64,000 nucleotides of DNA from positions 95,735 to 159,734 of the forward strand of contig CAWEUD010000041.1 of assembly GCA_963812115.1 (NCBI GenBank), in the 5' to 3' direction. A program made the position numbers and the translations under genes. Each line of letters starts with the position of its first letter. The stretch's first letter is position 1. Source of the stretch: an uncultured Chloroflexia bacterium. GTDB taxonomy: Bacteria; Chloroflexota; Limnocylindria; QHBO01. This document shows, piece after piece, positions 9,346 to 19,276 of the stretch. Below the pieces are notes generated by a model. That model searched no databases, was not told the origin of the DNA, and was given only the letters and a program-made list of their open reading frames with translations.

Positions 9346-9478
9346 GGCTCACCGCCGGTCGCGTTGACACCCCTATCCGGCGGTGCTACAACAAGGCGCT
9401 TTCGGCGACCCGGCCGGTTGCCGCAGGCCATCTGCCCAGAAGAGAGATCCGCTTCACGCGGGGAGACGTAGCCCAAAC

Positions 9479-10309
9479 ATGACCCTTGGGGATACCGAAA
9501 CCATCAGCCGCCAGCGCCGACAGCTGGCCGATGCCGCCATCAGCAGCGCCACGCGCGGGGACTGGGAGTCAGCCGTCGAGGCGAACCGTCAGCTCCTGGA
9601 GAGCGGCCCGGACACCGATGCCTACAACCGCCTGGGCAAGGCCCTCGCGGAGCTCGGGCGCAATGCGGAGGCATTGGAGGCGTACCAGAGCGCACTCGCT
9701 CGCGACGCGACCAACCGCATCGCCGAGCGTAACGTTGCCAGGCTGCAGGTCATCATCGGCGGCCGGGCAAAGCGGTCGAACGGCAACGGCAAGTCCGAGA
9801 AGGCCTCCGCCGCATCGTTCATCGAGGAGATGGGCAAGACGGGCCATGCCCGCCTCGTGAACCTCGCGCCACCGCGCCGGCTGGCGCCGCTCTCGCCCGG
9901 TGACGCCGTCGATCTCGTGCTCGACGGGGAGCAGCTGCTCGCGCGCTACGGCGACATCGACGTGGGCCACGTCGAGCCACGCATCGGGAACCGGCTCGCC
10001 AAACTCATCGGCGGCGGCAATCGCTACGACGCGGCGATCACCATGATGGATCGGGACGACGTTCGCATCATCGTGCGTGAGGTCTTCTCCCACCCGAACA
10101 ACTTCGACAAGGTTTCCTTCCCGGGGAGCGTGGGCGCTCGGCCGGGTGACGTTCGACCGTACCTGAAGGGTAGTCCGCTCCGCTACGATGACGAGGAGGA
10201 GAGCGAAGAGCTCGACGAGGAGCAGGAAGAGGTCGAGGAGCTCGACACCAGCCTGCCGGAATACTCGGACGAGCCCGAGCTCGAAGAGGAGCTGATCGAG
10301 GAAGCGTAG
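9479..10309 (+). CDS. TPR-repeat protein with HIRAN-like domain and acidic tail
   Basis: TPR (DAYNRLGKALAELG...YQSAL..D.TNRIA); LSPGDAVDL...VGHVEPRIGNRLAKLI..GNRY; Glu/Asp-rich C-terminus; TTGACA at 9364. Confidence 0.78.
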   Translation: MTLGDTETISRQRRQLADAAISSATRGDWESAVEANRQLLESGPDTDAYNRLGKALAELGRNAEALEAYQSALARDATNRIAERNVARLQVIIGGRAKRSNGNGKSEKASAASFIEEMGKTGHARLVNLAPPRRLAPLSPGDAVDLVLDGEQLLARYGDIDVGHVEPRIGNRLAKLIGGGNRYDAAITMMDRDDVRIIVREVFSHPNNFDKVSFPGSVGARPGDVRPYLKGSPLRYDDEEESEELDEEQEEVEELDTSLPEYSDEPELEEELIEEA

Positions 10310-10317
10310 GAGGCGCT

Positions 10318-13128
10318 ATGGGCGACTCCGGCCGGAAACGGCTCGACCACGTCGTCCTTCCGCGCCGCCTCCCCGGCCTGGCGCTGTTGGAGCGCTACTT
10401 CCCTTCCCCGGCCGACAACCAGCTCGACGCGGAGCTGCTCGCCTTCTCACGCCCGGGGGACACCGTGCTCGATCCGTGGGCGGGTATCGGCTGGACGGCC
10501 CGTCGCGCGGTGGCCCACGGCATGCGTGCCGTCGCTGCTGATCCGAGCCCGTTCGCCCAGCTCGCCGCCCAGGCGTTCCTGCTGGCACCCGATGCCGGAG
10601 CCATCGACGCCGCCTTCAGCGGGTTGTCGACGTCCCGACGTGTCGACGTCCCGCTGCGCCAGCACATCGAGGAGCTGTACGCCACTCGCTGCCCGAACTG
10701 CCGCCACCCGGTCGTCGGAGAGCAGTTCATCTGGCCGCGCGATGCCGGCGCGCCCTCCCGCAAGATCTACCGCTGCGCCAGCTGCGACCTCTCCGTCGGC
10801 GGCGGCGAGGATCGCGTGGCCGCCGTCGACGAGATCGACCTCGCAAAGCTCGGGATCGAGCGGCCGCCGGTCGACGAGGCCGAGGAGGCCATCACCGACG
10901 CCGATGCCGATGACGAGCTGCCGCCCGCGCCCGTCGGCCTCACCGGAGAGCCGCCGCCTGAACCCGATGCCGGCGCCCTGGGCGAGGGGGGAGAGCCGCC
11001 CGCGCCGCCGGCGTTGAGCGTCGACCCGCCCACGGGTCCGCGCGGCGACCGACCGCACTTCGCCTCGACCGTGCACCCAGATCCCATCCAGCCCAACACC
11101 GCCGTGGATGCCAGGCGGGCCGTTCACTACCAGCAGCTCCGCGAGCGATTCCCGGTGCTCGACGGGCGTGGCGAGCTGGTGGACGAGATCCTCGAGCTCT
11201 ACACCCCCAGGAACCTGTACGCCCTGCAGGCCATCGCCGCCAAGATCGAGGCGGACGTGCGCGACCCTGCCATGCTCGCCGTGTTCCGCCTCGCGCTGGC
11301 CGCGTGCCTGCTGCCGGCAAGTCGCCTGAATGGCTATCCCGGCCGGGTTGCCTCGCTGCGCATCAGCGGCGGACGGGTCCGCCAGCCCGCCTCGCGCTTC
11401 CAGCGCGAGGTCAACGTCTGGCGCCTCTTCGAGGCCGCCGTGCGCGACGTGCGAACCGCGGTGGCTGCCCTCGGCAGGGATCGCCGGCCGGTGCGCTTCG
11501 CGGCGAGCCTCGAGGAGCTTGGCGGGGTCTCTGCAGCGAACGTCCTGTGGATCCGCTGCCGCCCGGCCGTCGTCGGACAGTATCTGCCGCCCGACGGGGT
11601 CGACATGGTGCTCGGTTCGGTCTCCGATCCCGCGAACGTGGATGAGCTGAGCTTCGAGTACCTCGCGACGGCCTGGCTCATCGGACGGGAGGCCGCAGAG
11701 ACGCTGCGACTGGAACCGATCTTCGGGGGCGGCCCGGCGCGGAGCGACGGGACCGAGGCCACCGCCCTGCGCCACGCATTCGCGTCGGCGGCGGGTGCGC
11801 TCAAGCCCGACGGATGGTTCAGCGTGATCGTCGAAGGCGACGATCCGGACCGGGTGCTGGCTCTGGCGCTCGCGGGTGCCGCGGCCGGCCTGCGGCTGGC
11901 CGACGTCATCCACCGCGAGTCCCGGCGTGCCGGGGACGGCGTGACGCTCCACCTGCGCAAGCCATCGGCCGAGGATCACCTGCGCGAGGCGATGCAACCG
12001 CAACCCCTGCGCCTCGGCGCCGAGGAGGGTCACCTCACCTACCCCGAGCTTGCCGACGCGATCGACCGCGCGGCGGGCAACCTGCTGCGAGCGCGCGGCG
12101 AGCCGGCTGGCCTCATGCGGATGGCGGCGGCCGTGCTGCTGGAGCTCGAGCGCAGCGGCCTCCTCGTCCGCCTGGCGCAGTCGCGCAGCGGTGCGGAGGC
12201 CGGCGGTGACCGACCCGGCCACGAGCTCGACGAGCGCCTGGAGCGAGGCCCTGCGGCCCTGCTCAGCATGCTGCTGCGCGAGGAGCTCGGACGCGACGAT
12301 CATCCGACGCTGGTTCGGCTCGGCGATCCTGAACGGCGGATGTGGTGGCTGCGCCAGCCGGAGCTGGCCGAATCTCCGCTCGCCGATCGGGTCGAGTGGG
12401 CGACCTACTCGATCCTCTCCACCGCCGGACGGCTCGACGAATCTGGCTTCCTGGAGCGGATCTACGCCCTCTTCCCGGGGCTGGAGGCGCCCGACGAGGA
12501 GCTGGTCCGGGCGTGCCTGGCGGCGTACGCCGCGGTCGGCGAGAAGGGCCAGCTGCGCACCGACGAGGAGCTTGGCGTGCGGCTGCACGACCACGCGCGC
12601 ATCATCGGCATGCTGGTCGACTACGCCCATCGGCTGGGGCTGCGGGCCTGGGTGAGCCGCCGCGAGCACGATCGGCCCTACGCCGGGACGACGCTCTACG
12701 AGCGGCTCCACGAGGACGAGCGACGGGCTTACCTGCCGCTCGTGGTGCGTGCCCCGTCGGACGTGCTGGGGGCGGTGGATGCCCTCTGGTACCGCCGCGG
12801 CCGGATGGCCTTCCTGTTCGAGGTGGAGTGGACGGCACAGATGGGCGAGGCGGTCCTGCGACGCGGCCGCGGGATCGAGCCGACCGATCAGCAGGCCCGC
12901 TTCCTGGTGATCCCGGCGGAGCGAGCCGAGCTGATCGGCCTCAAACTGGAGCGGTCGCCCTGGCTGCGGAGCGAGATCGAGCGCCAGAACTGGCACTTCC
13001 TGAAGTGGCAGCACTTCGAGGCGCTCTTCCGACGGGAGGGGGCTGGCCTCGAGCGGCTGGAGCCGATCCTTGGGCTGACCCCGCTCGTCGAGCGCGGCGG
13101 CCAGCAGCTGACGATGTTCGGCGAGTAA
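10318..13128 (+). CDS. DNA methyltransferase-like protein with Zn ribbon and C-terminal PD-(D/E)xK-like domain
   Basis: Motif I-like VLDPWAGIG, CxxC...CxxC, C-terminal VDALW...FEVEWT; AGGAGG RBS. Confidence 0.75.
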   Translation: MGDSGRKRLDHVVLPRRLPGLALLERYFPSPADNQLDAELLAFSRPGDTVLDPWAGIGWTARRAVAHGMRAVAADPSPFAQLAAQAFLLAPDAGAIDAAFSGLSTSRRVDVPLRQHIEELYATRCPNCRHPVVGEQFIWPRDAGAPSRKIYRCASCDLSVGGGEDRVAAVDEIDLAKLGIERPPVDEAEEAITDADADDELPPAPVGLTGEPPPEPDAGALGEGGEPPAPPALSVDPPTGPRGDRPHFASTVHPDPIQPNTAVDARRAVHYQQLRERFPVLDGRGELVDEILELYTPRNLYALQAIAAKIEADVRDPAMLAVFRLALAACLLPASRLNGYPGRVASLRISGGRVRQPASRFQREVNVWRLFEAAVRDVRTAVAALGRDRRPVRFAASLEELGGVSAANVLWIRCRPAVVGQYLPPDGVDMVLGSVSDPANVDELSFEYLATAWLIGREAAETLRLEPIFGGGPARSDGTEATALRHAFASAAGALKPDGWFSVIVEGDDPDRVLALALAGAAAGLRLADVIHRESRRAGDGVTLHLRKPSAEDHLREAMQPQPLRLGAEEGHLTYPELADAIDRAAGNLLRARGEPAGLMRMAAAVLLELERSGLLVRLAQSRSGAEAGGDRPGHELDERLERGPAALLSMLLREELGRDDHPTLVRLGDPERRMWWLRQPELAESPLADRVEWATYSILSTAGRLDESGFLERIYALFPGLEAPDEELVRACLAAYAAVGEKGQLRTDEELGVRLHDHARIIGMLVDYAHRLGLRAWVSRREHDRPYAGTTLYERLHEDERRAYLPLVVRAPSDVLGAVDALWYRRGRMAFLFEVEWTAQMGEAVLRRGRGIEPTDQQARFLVIPAERAELIGLKLERSPWLRSEIERQNWHFLKWQHFEALFRREGAGLERLEPILGLTPLVERGGQQLTMFGE

Positions 13129-13197
13129 TCGCTCGGCTGCTATCCGGTCGAACGCTCAGCCTCCACGCCACCTTGACCCGCCCGCTATTCTTCTCGC

Positions 13198-13232
13198 CGG
13201 GAGTGCCGTGGTTCCCCCCTGCGGCACTCCCG
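13198..13232. terminator. Hairpin between convergent genes (probable bidirectional terminator)
   Basis: CGGGAGTGCCG...CGGCACTCCCG. Confidence 0.65.
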
Positions 13233-13234
13233 CT

Positions 13235-13585
13235 TCATTCCCCAGAGCGTTTCCGCGGGGCTTTGCGGCCGACGGCGCGCCGCACCACCGACATCACCTC
13301 GTCCACGTACGGCTGGCCCTGGCCGGACTCGATGGCATGCGTCAGGCAGCCCGAGATGTGGTCCTCCAGGACGAGCATCGCGACCTGGTCGGCGGCCGCC
13401 GTCATGGCCTCGACCTGCTGCAGCACGTCCAGGCAGTAGGCTTCGCCCTCGACCAGCCGCTGCAGCCCCCGGGCCTGGCCCTCGATTCGCCTGAGCCGAT
13501 GCAGGAGCTCGGTGCGGTCCCTGGTGTAGGAGTGCCGGAAGTGCTCGCCAGCGTGCGCCGCGCGCTGCGTGGAGTCGCTCGTCAT
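13235..13585 (-). CDS. csoR: CsoR/RcnR family metal-sensing repressor
   Basis: RLRRIEGQ, YC..VLQQ, LEDHISGC (Cys-His-Cys set); start ATG 13585. Confidence 0.9.
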   Translation of the reverse strand: MTSDSTQRAAHAGEHFRHSYTRDRTELLHRLRRIEGQARGLQRLVEGEAYCLDVLQQVEAMTAAADQVAMLVLEDHISGCLTHAIESGQGQPYVDEVMSVVRRAVGRKAPRKRSGE

Positions 13586-13600
13586 ACTGTAGGGCAGTAT
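13584..13600. promoter_or_regulatory. CsoR-type operator palindrome
   Basis: ATACTG-TAGGG-CAGTAT overlapping the csoR start codon and -10. Confidence 0.6.
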
Positions 13601-13642
13601 GCGGGGGACGGAGGGAAGTGGCAACCACGCTAGGATGGCCGG

Positions 13643-14374
13643 ATGGTGATCGATCTGGAACGACACGAGCTGATCAGCCCGCTCGAGCGGGTGCTGGTCG
13701 TCTTCAGCCACCCCGATGACGCCGAGTTCGGTGCCGCGCCCACCATCGCCGCCCTCTCGGCCACCGGCGCGCGGATCGACTACGTCGTGACGACGGACGG
13801 CGGCAAGGGGACCGATGACGCCTCCGTCTCGCCCGAGGCGCTGGCCGCGACGAGGATCGCGGAGCAGCGGGCCGCTGCCGACGTGCTCGGGGTGAACGAG
13901 ATTGTCCACCTCGGCTACGCCGATGGGTACCTGACGCCATCGCTCGATCTGCGTCGCGACATCACCCGCCAGATCCGGCGGTTTCGGCCCGACCTGGTCA
14001 TCGCGCAGCATCCGCAGCGCCGGCTGGACGCCAGCCCCTTCATGAACCATCCCGACCACATCGCCACCGGAGAGGCGACGCTCGCCGCCGTCTACCCGGC
14101 GGCTCGCGACCGGCACAACTTCCCGGAGCTGGTCGACGAGGGATTGGAGCCATGGAAGGTACGACAGGTGCTGGTGACGGGTGCTGCGACGCCGAATTTC
14201 TGGATTGACGTCGCCGACACGTACGAGACCGGGCTGGCGGCGCTGCGCTGCCACGTCAGCCAGGTCGATGACTGGGGACCCGTCGAGGAGCGCCTCCGGG
14301 AGCGCGTGGCCACGGCCGGCGCGGCGGTTGGGCTGCCCATGGCCCAGGCCTTCCTCTCCATCCTGCTCACCTGA
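13643..14374 (+). CDS. PIG-L/LmbE family deacetylase
   Basis: HPDDAEFG, RIAEQ, HPDH, ALRCHVSQ. Confidence 0.92.
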   Translation: MVIDLERHELISPLERVLVVFSHPDDAEFGAAPTIAALSATGARIDYVVTTDGGKGTDDASVSPEALAATRIAEQRAAADVLGVNEIVHLGYADGYLTPSLDLRRDITRQIRRFRPDLVIAQHPQRRLDASPFMNHPDHIATGEATLAAVYPAARDRHNFPELVDEGLEPWKVRQVLVTGAATPNFWIDVADTYETGLAALRCHVSQVDDWGPVEERLRERVATAGAAVGLPMAQAFLSILLT

Positions 14375-16266
14375 TGCGCGGACGTGGTGGGCATTGGGGT
14401 GGGTCGGAGCCGGACCTGACGGCTCGCCCGGGCAGCGGACGCCGCACGGTGCGGCAGATCGCCGGCTTCTTCGCGCCCTACCGCACGCGGCTCGTGGTCA
14501 TCGCGGGCCTCATCGTGGTGACGGTCAGCGTCGGCGTGGTCAACCCCATCCTGCTCAAGCTGGTCATCGACAACCTGCTCGGTCCGCAGGACATCGGTCT
14601 GCTCTACCTGCAGGTCGCCCTGATGGTGGTGCTGCCGATCATCAGCTCCGGCATCGGCGTCGGCCAGTCGTACCTCTCGAACGTTGTCGGTCAGCGCGTG
14701 ATGGACGACCTGCGCCTCGCGCTCTATACCCACCTGCAGTGGATGCCGCTGCGCTTCTTCACCGAGACGCGGACCGGCGAGATCCAGAGCCGCATCGGGA
14801 ACGACGTCAACGGCGTGCAATCGGTGGTCACCGACACCGCTGCCTCTCTCCTCTCGAACTTCGCCACCGTGGCGACCACGGTCATCGCGATGCTCGTGCT
14901 CGACTGGCGGCTGACGATCCTGTCGCTCGGCATGCTGCCAGTCTTCGCCTACATCACCTTCCGCGTCGGCAAGGTCCGGCGCGAGGTGAGCGGCGCCACG
15001 CAGCGTTCCATGGCGGAGGTGAGCGCCATCACCGAGGAGACGCTCTCCGTCTCGGGCGTGCTGCTCTCCAAGACCTTCGGTCAGCAGCGCAACAGCGTCG
15101 AACGTTTCCGCAAGGAATCGCGACGCCTGGGCGACCTGCAGATCCGCCAGCAGATGATCGGGCGCTGGTTCTTCGCCATGATCGGCACCTTCTTCAGCAT
15201 CGCGCCGGCGTTCGTCTACCTGCTCGCCGGATCGCTGATCATCGGTGGCGACACGCACGTCAGCGTCGGCACCATCGTGGCGTTCACCACGCTGCAGAGC
15301 CGGCTCTTCTTCCCGCTGGGGCAGCTGCTGAACGTGCAGGTCGAGATCCAGGGCGCGTTGGCGCTGTTCGACCGCATCTTCGAGTACCTGGAGATGCCCC
15401 ACGAGATCACCGACGCGCCGGACGCCATCGTGCTGGCCACCTCCGCGATGCATGGCGACGTGCGCTTCGCGGACGTCGCCTTCCGCTACCCGCGCAGCCC
15501 CGCTGAAGCGGCGATCCGGGCAGAGGCGGAGCTCGCCCAGGCCACCGGGCGGGCGGTCTCGGCGGCGATCCGGCCGTTCGAGCTGGCCGACATCGACTTC
15601 GAAGCTCGCCCTGGCCAGCTCGTCGCCCTCGTCGGTCCGTCTGGCTCGGGCAAGACGACGACGACGTACCTCATCCCGCGCCTCTACGACGTGGAGTCGG
15701 GGACCGTCGAGATCGACGGGCACGACGTGCGCAGCATCTCCCTGGAGTCGCTGGGGCAGGTCATCGGCGTGGTCACCCAGGAGACCTACCTGTTCCATGC
15801 ATCGGTCCTCTCCAACCTCCGCTACGCGAAGCCGGAGGCAAGCATGGACGAGGTCGAGGAGGCGGCACGTGCGGCCGCCATTCACGACCGCATCATGCAG
15901 CTGCCCGAGGGCTACGACACCATCGTGGGAGAGCGTGGCTACAAGCTGTCGGGTGGCGAGAAGCAACGGGTGGCGATCGCGCGCGTGCTCCTCAAGGACC
16001 CGCGCATCCTCATCCTCGACGAAGCAACGTCGGCGCTGGACACGGTCAGCGAGCGGCTCATCCAGGCGGCGTTGAGCCGGCTGATGGAGGGGCGGACGAC
16101 GATCGCCATCGCCCACCGCCTGTCGACCATCCTCAAGGCGGACCAGATCCTGGTCTTCGAGCGGGGGCGGATCGTGGAACGCGGGACGCACGGGGAGCTG
16201 GTTGCGCACGAGGGCCTCTACGCCCGCCTCTACGCCGAGCAGTTCGCCGCCGAGCAGCCCGCGTAG
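14374..16266 (+). CDS. ABC exporter, fused permease/ATP-binding
   Basis: 6-TM domain plus GPSGSGKTT, LSGGEKQR, DEATSALD, AHRLST. Confidence 0.93.
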   Translation: MRGRGGHWGGSEPDLTARPGSGRRTVRQIAGFFAPYRTRLVVIAGLIVVTVSVGVVNPILLKLVIDNLLGPQDIGLLYLQVALMVVLPIISSGIGVGQSYLSNVVGQRVMDDLRLALYTHLQWMPLRFFTETRTGEIQSRIGNDVNGVQSVVTDTAASLLSNFATVATTVIAMLVLDWRLTILSLGMLPVFAYITFRVGKVRREVSGATQRSMAEVSAITEETLSVSGVLLSKTFGQQRNSVERFRKESRRLGDLQIRQQMIGRWFFAMIGTFFSIAPAFVYLLAGSLIIGGDTHVSVGTIVAFTTLQSRLFFPLGQLLNVQVEIQGALALFDRIFEYLEMPHEITDAPDAIVLATSAMHGDVRFADVAFRYPRSPAEAAIRAEAELAQATGRAVSAAIRPFELADIDFEARPGQLVALVGPSGSGKTTTTYLIPRLYDVESGTVEIDGHDVRSISLESLGQVIGVVTQETYLFHASVLSNLRYAKPEASMDEVEEAARAAAIHDRIMQLPEGYDTIVGERGYKLSGGEKQRVAIARVLLKDPRILILDEATSALDTVSERLIQAALSRLMEGRTTIAIAHRLSTILKADQILVFERGRIVERGTHGELVAHEGLYARLYAEQFAAEQPA

Positions 16267-16326
16267 CCCACGGCGCAGCCCACCGCCCAACTCGACCGTC
16301 CAGACCGGCCGTGCCACACTCGCGGC

Positions 16327-18372
16327 ATGCCCAACCGCCTCGCCGACCAGACCAGCCCGTACCTCCTGCAGCACGCCCACAATCCCGTGGACTGGTACCC
16401 GTGGGGACCGGAGGCGCTCGGGCGCGCACGCGCCGAGGACCGGCCGATCTTCCTCTCGATCGGCTATTCGGCATGCCACTGGTGCCACGTCATGGAGCGC
16501 GAGTCGTTCGAGAACACGCAGATCGCCGCACAGCTGAACCGCGACTTCATTGCGATCAAGGTCGACCGCGAGGAACGGCCCGACATCGATGACGTGTACA
16601 TGGCAGCGGTGCAGGCCATGACCGGCTCCGGTGGCTGGCCGATGAGCGTCTTCCTGACCCCGGAGCTGGCACCCATCTTCGCTGGCACCTACTTCCCGCC
16701 CGACGACCGGCACGGCATCCCGGGCTTCCCGCGGGTCCTCGATGCGGTTGCCGAGGCGTTCCGCGAGCGCCGCGGCGAGGTCGAGGCCCAGGGGCGGCAG
16801 ATCGTCGCGCACCTGCGCGCGCAGCTCGACGTGGAAGCCGGCGTCGGCGAGCCGGAACTGCGCCAGCTGCAGGGCGCGGCTGCGCGCCTGCTCGGCGCGT
16901 TCGACCCCAGCGACGGTGGCTTCGGGGGAGCGCCGAAGTTCCCCGCGCCCATGTCACTCGAGTTCCTCCTCCGCGGCTGGCGTCGCACGGGAGACACGGC
17001 GCTGCTCCGGGTGGTGACCGTCACCCTGGACCGGATGGCCGAGGGAGGCATCCAGGACCAGATCGGAGGCGGATTCGCGCGCTACGCGACGGATGCGCAC
17101 TGGCTGGTGCCGCACTTCGAGAAGATGCTCTACGACAACGCCCAGCTGGCGCACGCCTACCTGGAGGCGTACCGCGCCACGGGTGAGCAGCGGTACGCGA
17201 GCGTGGCCTCGCGGACCGTCGACTTCATGCTCTCCGAGCTGTCGACGCCGGACGGTGGCATGGCATCCGCCCTGGATGCGGACTCGGAGGGCGTCGAGGG
17301 GAGCTTCTACGTCTGGGATCACGGCGAGTTCATGGCGGCGCTCCAAGCGGCGGGCGTGGATGATGCCGACGCGGCCTTACTGGCCGCGTACTGGGGCGTT
17401 ACGGCCGGGGGCAACTGGGAGGGCCGGAACGTCCTCCACCGTCCCCGCGACGCCTCGGCCGCGCCCGACGAGCTGGTCGAGCGCGGCCGCCTCGCGCTGC
17501 TGGCCTCGCGCGCCCGGCGGCCGCGCCCGCCGCGCGACGACAAGCAGCTGGCATCCTGGAACGGCATGGCGCTCCGCGCCGTCGCGCTGGCCGCGCTGGT
17601 GCTTGACGATCCCCGCCACTTCGATGCCACGCGCCAGCTGGCGAGATTCATCCGCGATCGCCTGCTGCGGGACGACAACCGCCTGTGGCGAACGTCGCGC
17701 GACGGCACCTCGCACACTCCGGGCTTTGCGGAGGACTATGCGAACGTCGTCGACGGGCTGCTGGTCGCCTACGCGGCGCTGGGAGAGGAAGAGCTCCTGC
17801 TGCTGGCGGTCGCGATCATGGAGCGGGCCGTCGCCGACTTCTGGGACGAGGCGAGCGGCACCTTCTTCGACACGTCCGCCGAGCACGATGCCACGTACAC
17901 GCGGCCGCGTTCCCTCGTTGACAGCGCCACGCCGTCGGCCAACTCGGTTGCCGCCGACGTGCTGCTGCGCCTTGCGCTGCTCACCGGCGACGCCGATGCC
18001 GACCGGCGGGCGCGAAGCATCCTGCGCGCGGCAGTGCCCGCCGTCGAGCGGCAGCCATCGGCGTTCGGCCGGATGCTGTGCGCCGTCGACCGGTCACTGT
18101 CGGGGCCCATCGACGCCGTCGTGGCGGGCGCGTCGGCCGATCCCATCGCCCTCGGCCTGCGACGGGCCGTCGCCAGCGTCTACGCCCCGGACCTCGTGAT
18201 CGCGCCGCGAGAGCCGGGAGGGCGGCTCGAGGACTGGGAGCTGTTCAGGGGGAAGGCGTTGCTCGGCGGCAGCCCCACCGCCTTCGTCTGTCGCGGCTAC
18301 GCCTGCGAGGAGCCGACCAACGATCCCGAACGTGCCCGCCAGCAGGTGCGAGGGCTGTCGGACACCGGCTGA
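16327..18372 (+). CDS. YyaL/SSP411 thioredoxin-domain protein
   Basis: NRL...[34 protein letters not shown]. Confidence 0.93.
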   Translation: MPNRLADQTSPYLLQHAHNPVDWYPWGPEALGRARAEDRPIFLSIGYSACHWCHVMERESFENTQIAAQLNRDFIAIKVDREERPDIDDVYMAAVQAMTGSGGWPMSVFLTPELAPIFAGTYFPPDDRHGIPGFPRVLDAVAEAFRERRGEVEAQGRQIVAHLRAQLDVEAGVGEPELRQLQGAAARLLGAFDPSDGGFGGAPKFPAPMSLEFLLRGWRRTGDTALLRVVTVTLDRMAEGGIQDQIGGGFARYATDAHWLVPHFEKMLYDNAQLAHAYLEAYRATGEQRYASVASRTVDFMLSELSTPDGGMASALDADSEGVEGSFYVWDHGEFMAALQAAGVDDADAALLAAYWGVTAGGNWEGRNVLHRPRDASAAPDELVERGRLALLASRARRPRPPRDDKQLASWNGMALRAVALAALVLDDPRHFDATRQLARFIRDRLLRDDNRLWRTSRDGTSHTPGFAEDYANVVDGLLVAYAALGEEELLLLAVAIMERAVADFWDEASGTFFDTSAEHDATYTRPRSLVDSATPSANSVAADVLLRLALLTGDADADRRARSILRAAVPAVERQPSAFGRMLCAVDRSLSGPIDAVVAGASADPIALGLRRAVASVYAPDLVIAPREPGGRLEDWELFRGKALLGGSPTAFVCRGYACEEPTNDPERARQQVRGLSDTG

Positions 18373-18380
18373 GGCCTCGG

Positions 18381-18791
18381 TCAGCCGGGCAGGAAGCTCA
18401 TCCGCAGGTGCCGCCGCGCGTTGTCGGCGTTCGGGTCGAGCACGGCGATCGACTGCCAGGTGCCCAGGGCCAGCCGTCCGCGGAGGACCGGCACGCTCAG
18501 CGAGGGTGACGCGAAGAGCGGAACCACGTGATCTGCTCCGTGGCCAGCCGAGCCGTGGCTATGTCGCCAGCGATCGTCACGGGGCAGCAGGCGGTCGAGA
18601 GCATCGACCAGGTCGACATCCGAGCCGGCTCCGAGCTCCATGACGACCAGGCCGGCGGTGGCGTGGGGCAGGAAGAGGTGGAGCAGGCCGTCGCCGCCGT
18701 GCGCCACTTCGCGACAGTAGTCCGCGCATTCGGCGGTCACGTCGAGCAGGCCGCGCCTCGGGCTGCTGAGCTCGACCTCGCGCGAGTCCAT
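18381..18791 (-). CDS. yjbQ: YjbQ/UPF0047 family protein
   Basis: PHATAG, H.HG..GH..DH, LALGTWQS. Confidence 0.88.
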   Translation of the reverse strand: MDSREVELSSPRRGLLDVTAECADYCREVAHGGDGLLHLFLPHATAGLVVMELGAGSDVDLVDALDRLLPRDDRWRHSHGSAGHGADHVVPLFASPSLSVPVLRGRLALGTWQSIAVLDPNADNARRHLRMSFLPG

Positions 18792-18802
18792 TGGGCGATG
18801 CG

Positions 18803-19207
18803 TCAGTGCAGCGCGGGGACGACCATGGTTGCGCGCGTGCCGCATCGGTAGCAGGACTCGGCCGCAGCGCGGATGGTGCTCCCACAGTTCGCACAGCTCA
18901 GCGAGAGATCCGACTCACAGCGCGCGCAGAAGCGAGCGCCGGCCGGATACTGCAGACCGTCGACCGGGCAGTAGGGGACGCCACGCGGAACGTCGACCGC
19001 ACCGTCCGGCGCGCGGGGCAGCGGGACCGCGCCGCGGACGGTCGACTCGCTGGCGATGCCGACCTGTGAGACGCGCAGGTAGCCGACGATCAGCCACAGC
19101 AGGTAGAGCGCGGCGAGGCCGAGGAGGAGGTAGGGGACGAGGGTTGCGACGACCTGGACGACCGGGCCCGAGAGCCACTCGATCGCGTCGCGGATGGCTT
19201 GCAGCAT
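18803..19207 (-). CDS. Membrane-anchored double zinc-ribbon protein
   Basis: N-terminal TM helix; CPVD..FCARC..CANCG..CYRCG. Confidence 0.8.
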   Translation of the reverse strand: MLQAIRDAIEWLSGPVVQVVATLVPYLLLGLAALYLLWLIVGYLRVSQVGIASESTVRGAVPLPRAPDGAVDVPRGVPYCPVDGLQYPAGARFCARCESDLSLSCANCGSTIRAAAESCYRCGTRATMVVPALH

Positions 19208-19276
19208 GGGCTGCGATTCTAGCATCGGTCCGCAGCCGTTCGGCGAGATCGGCGCTGCTACACTCGGCACACACCC

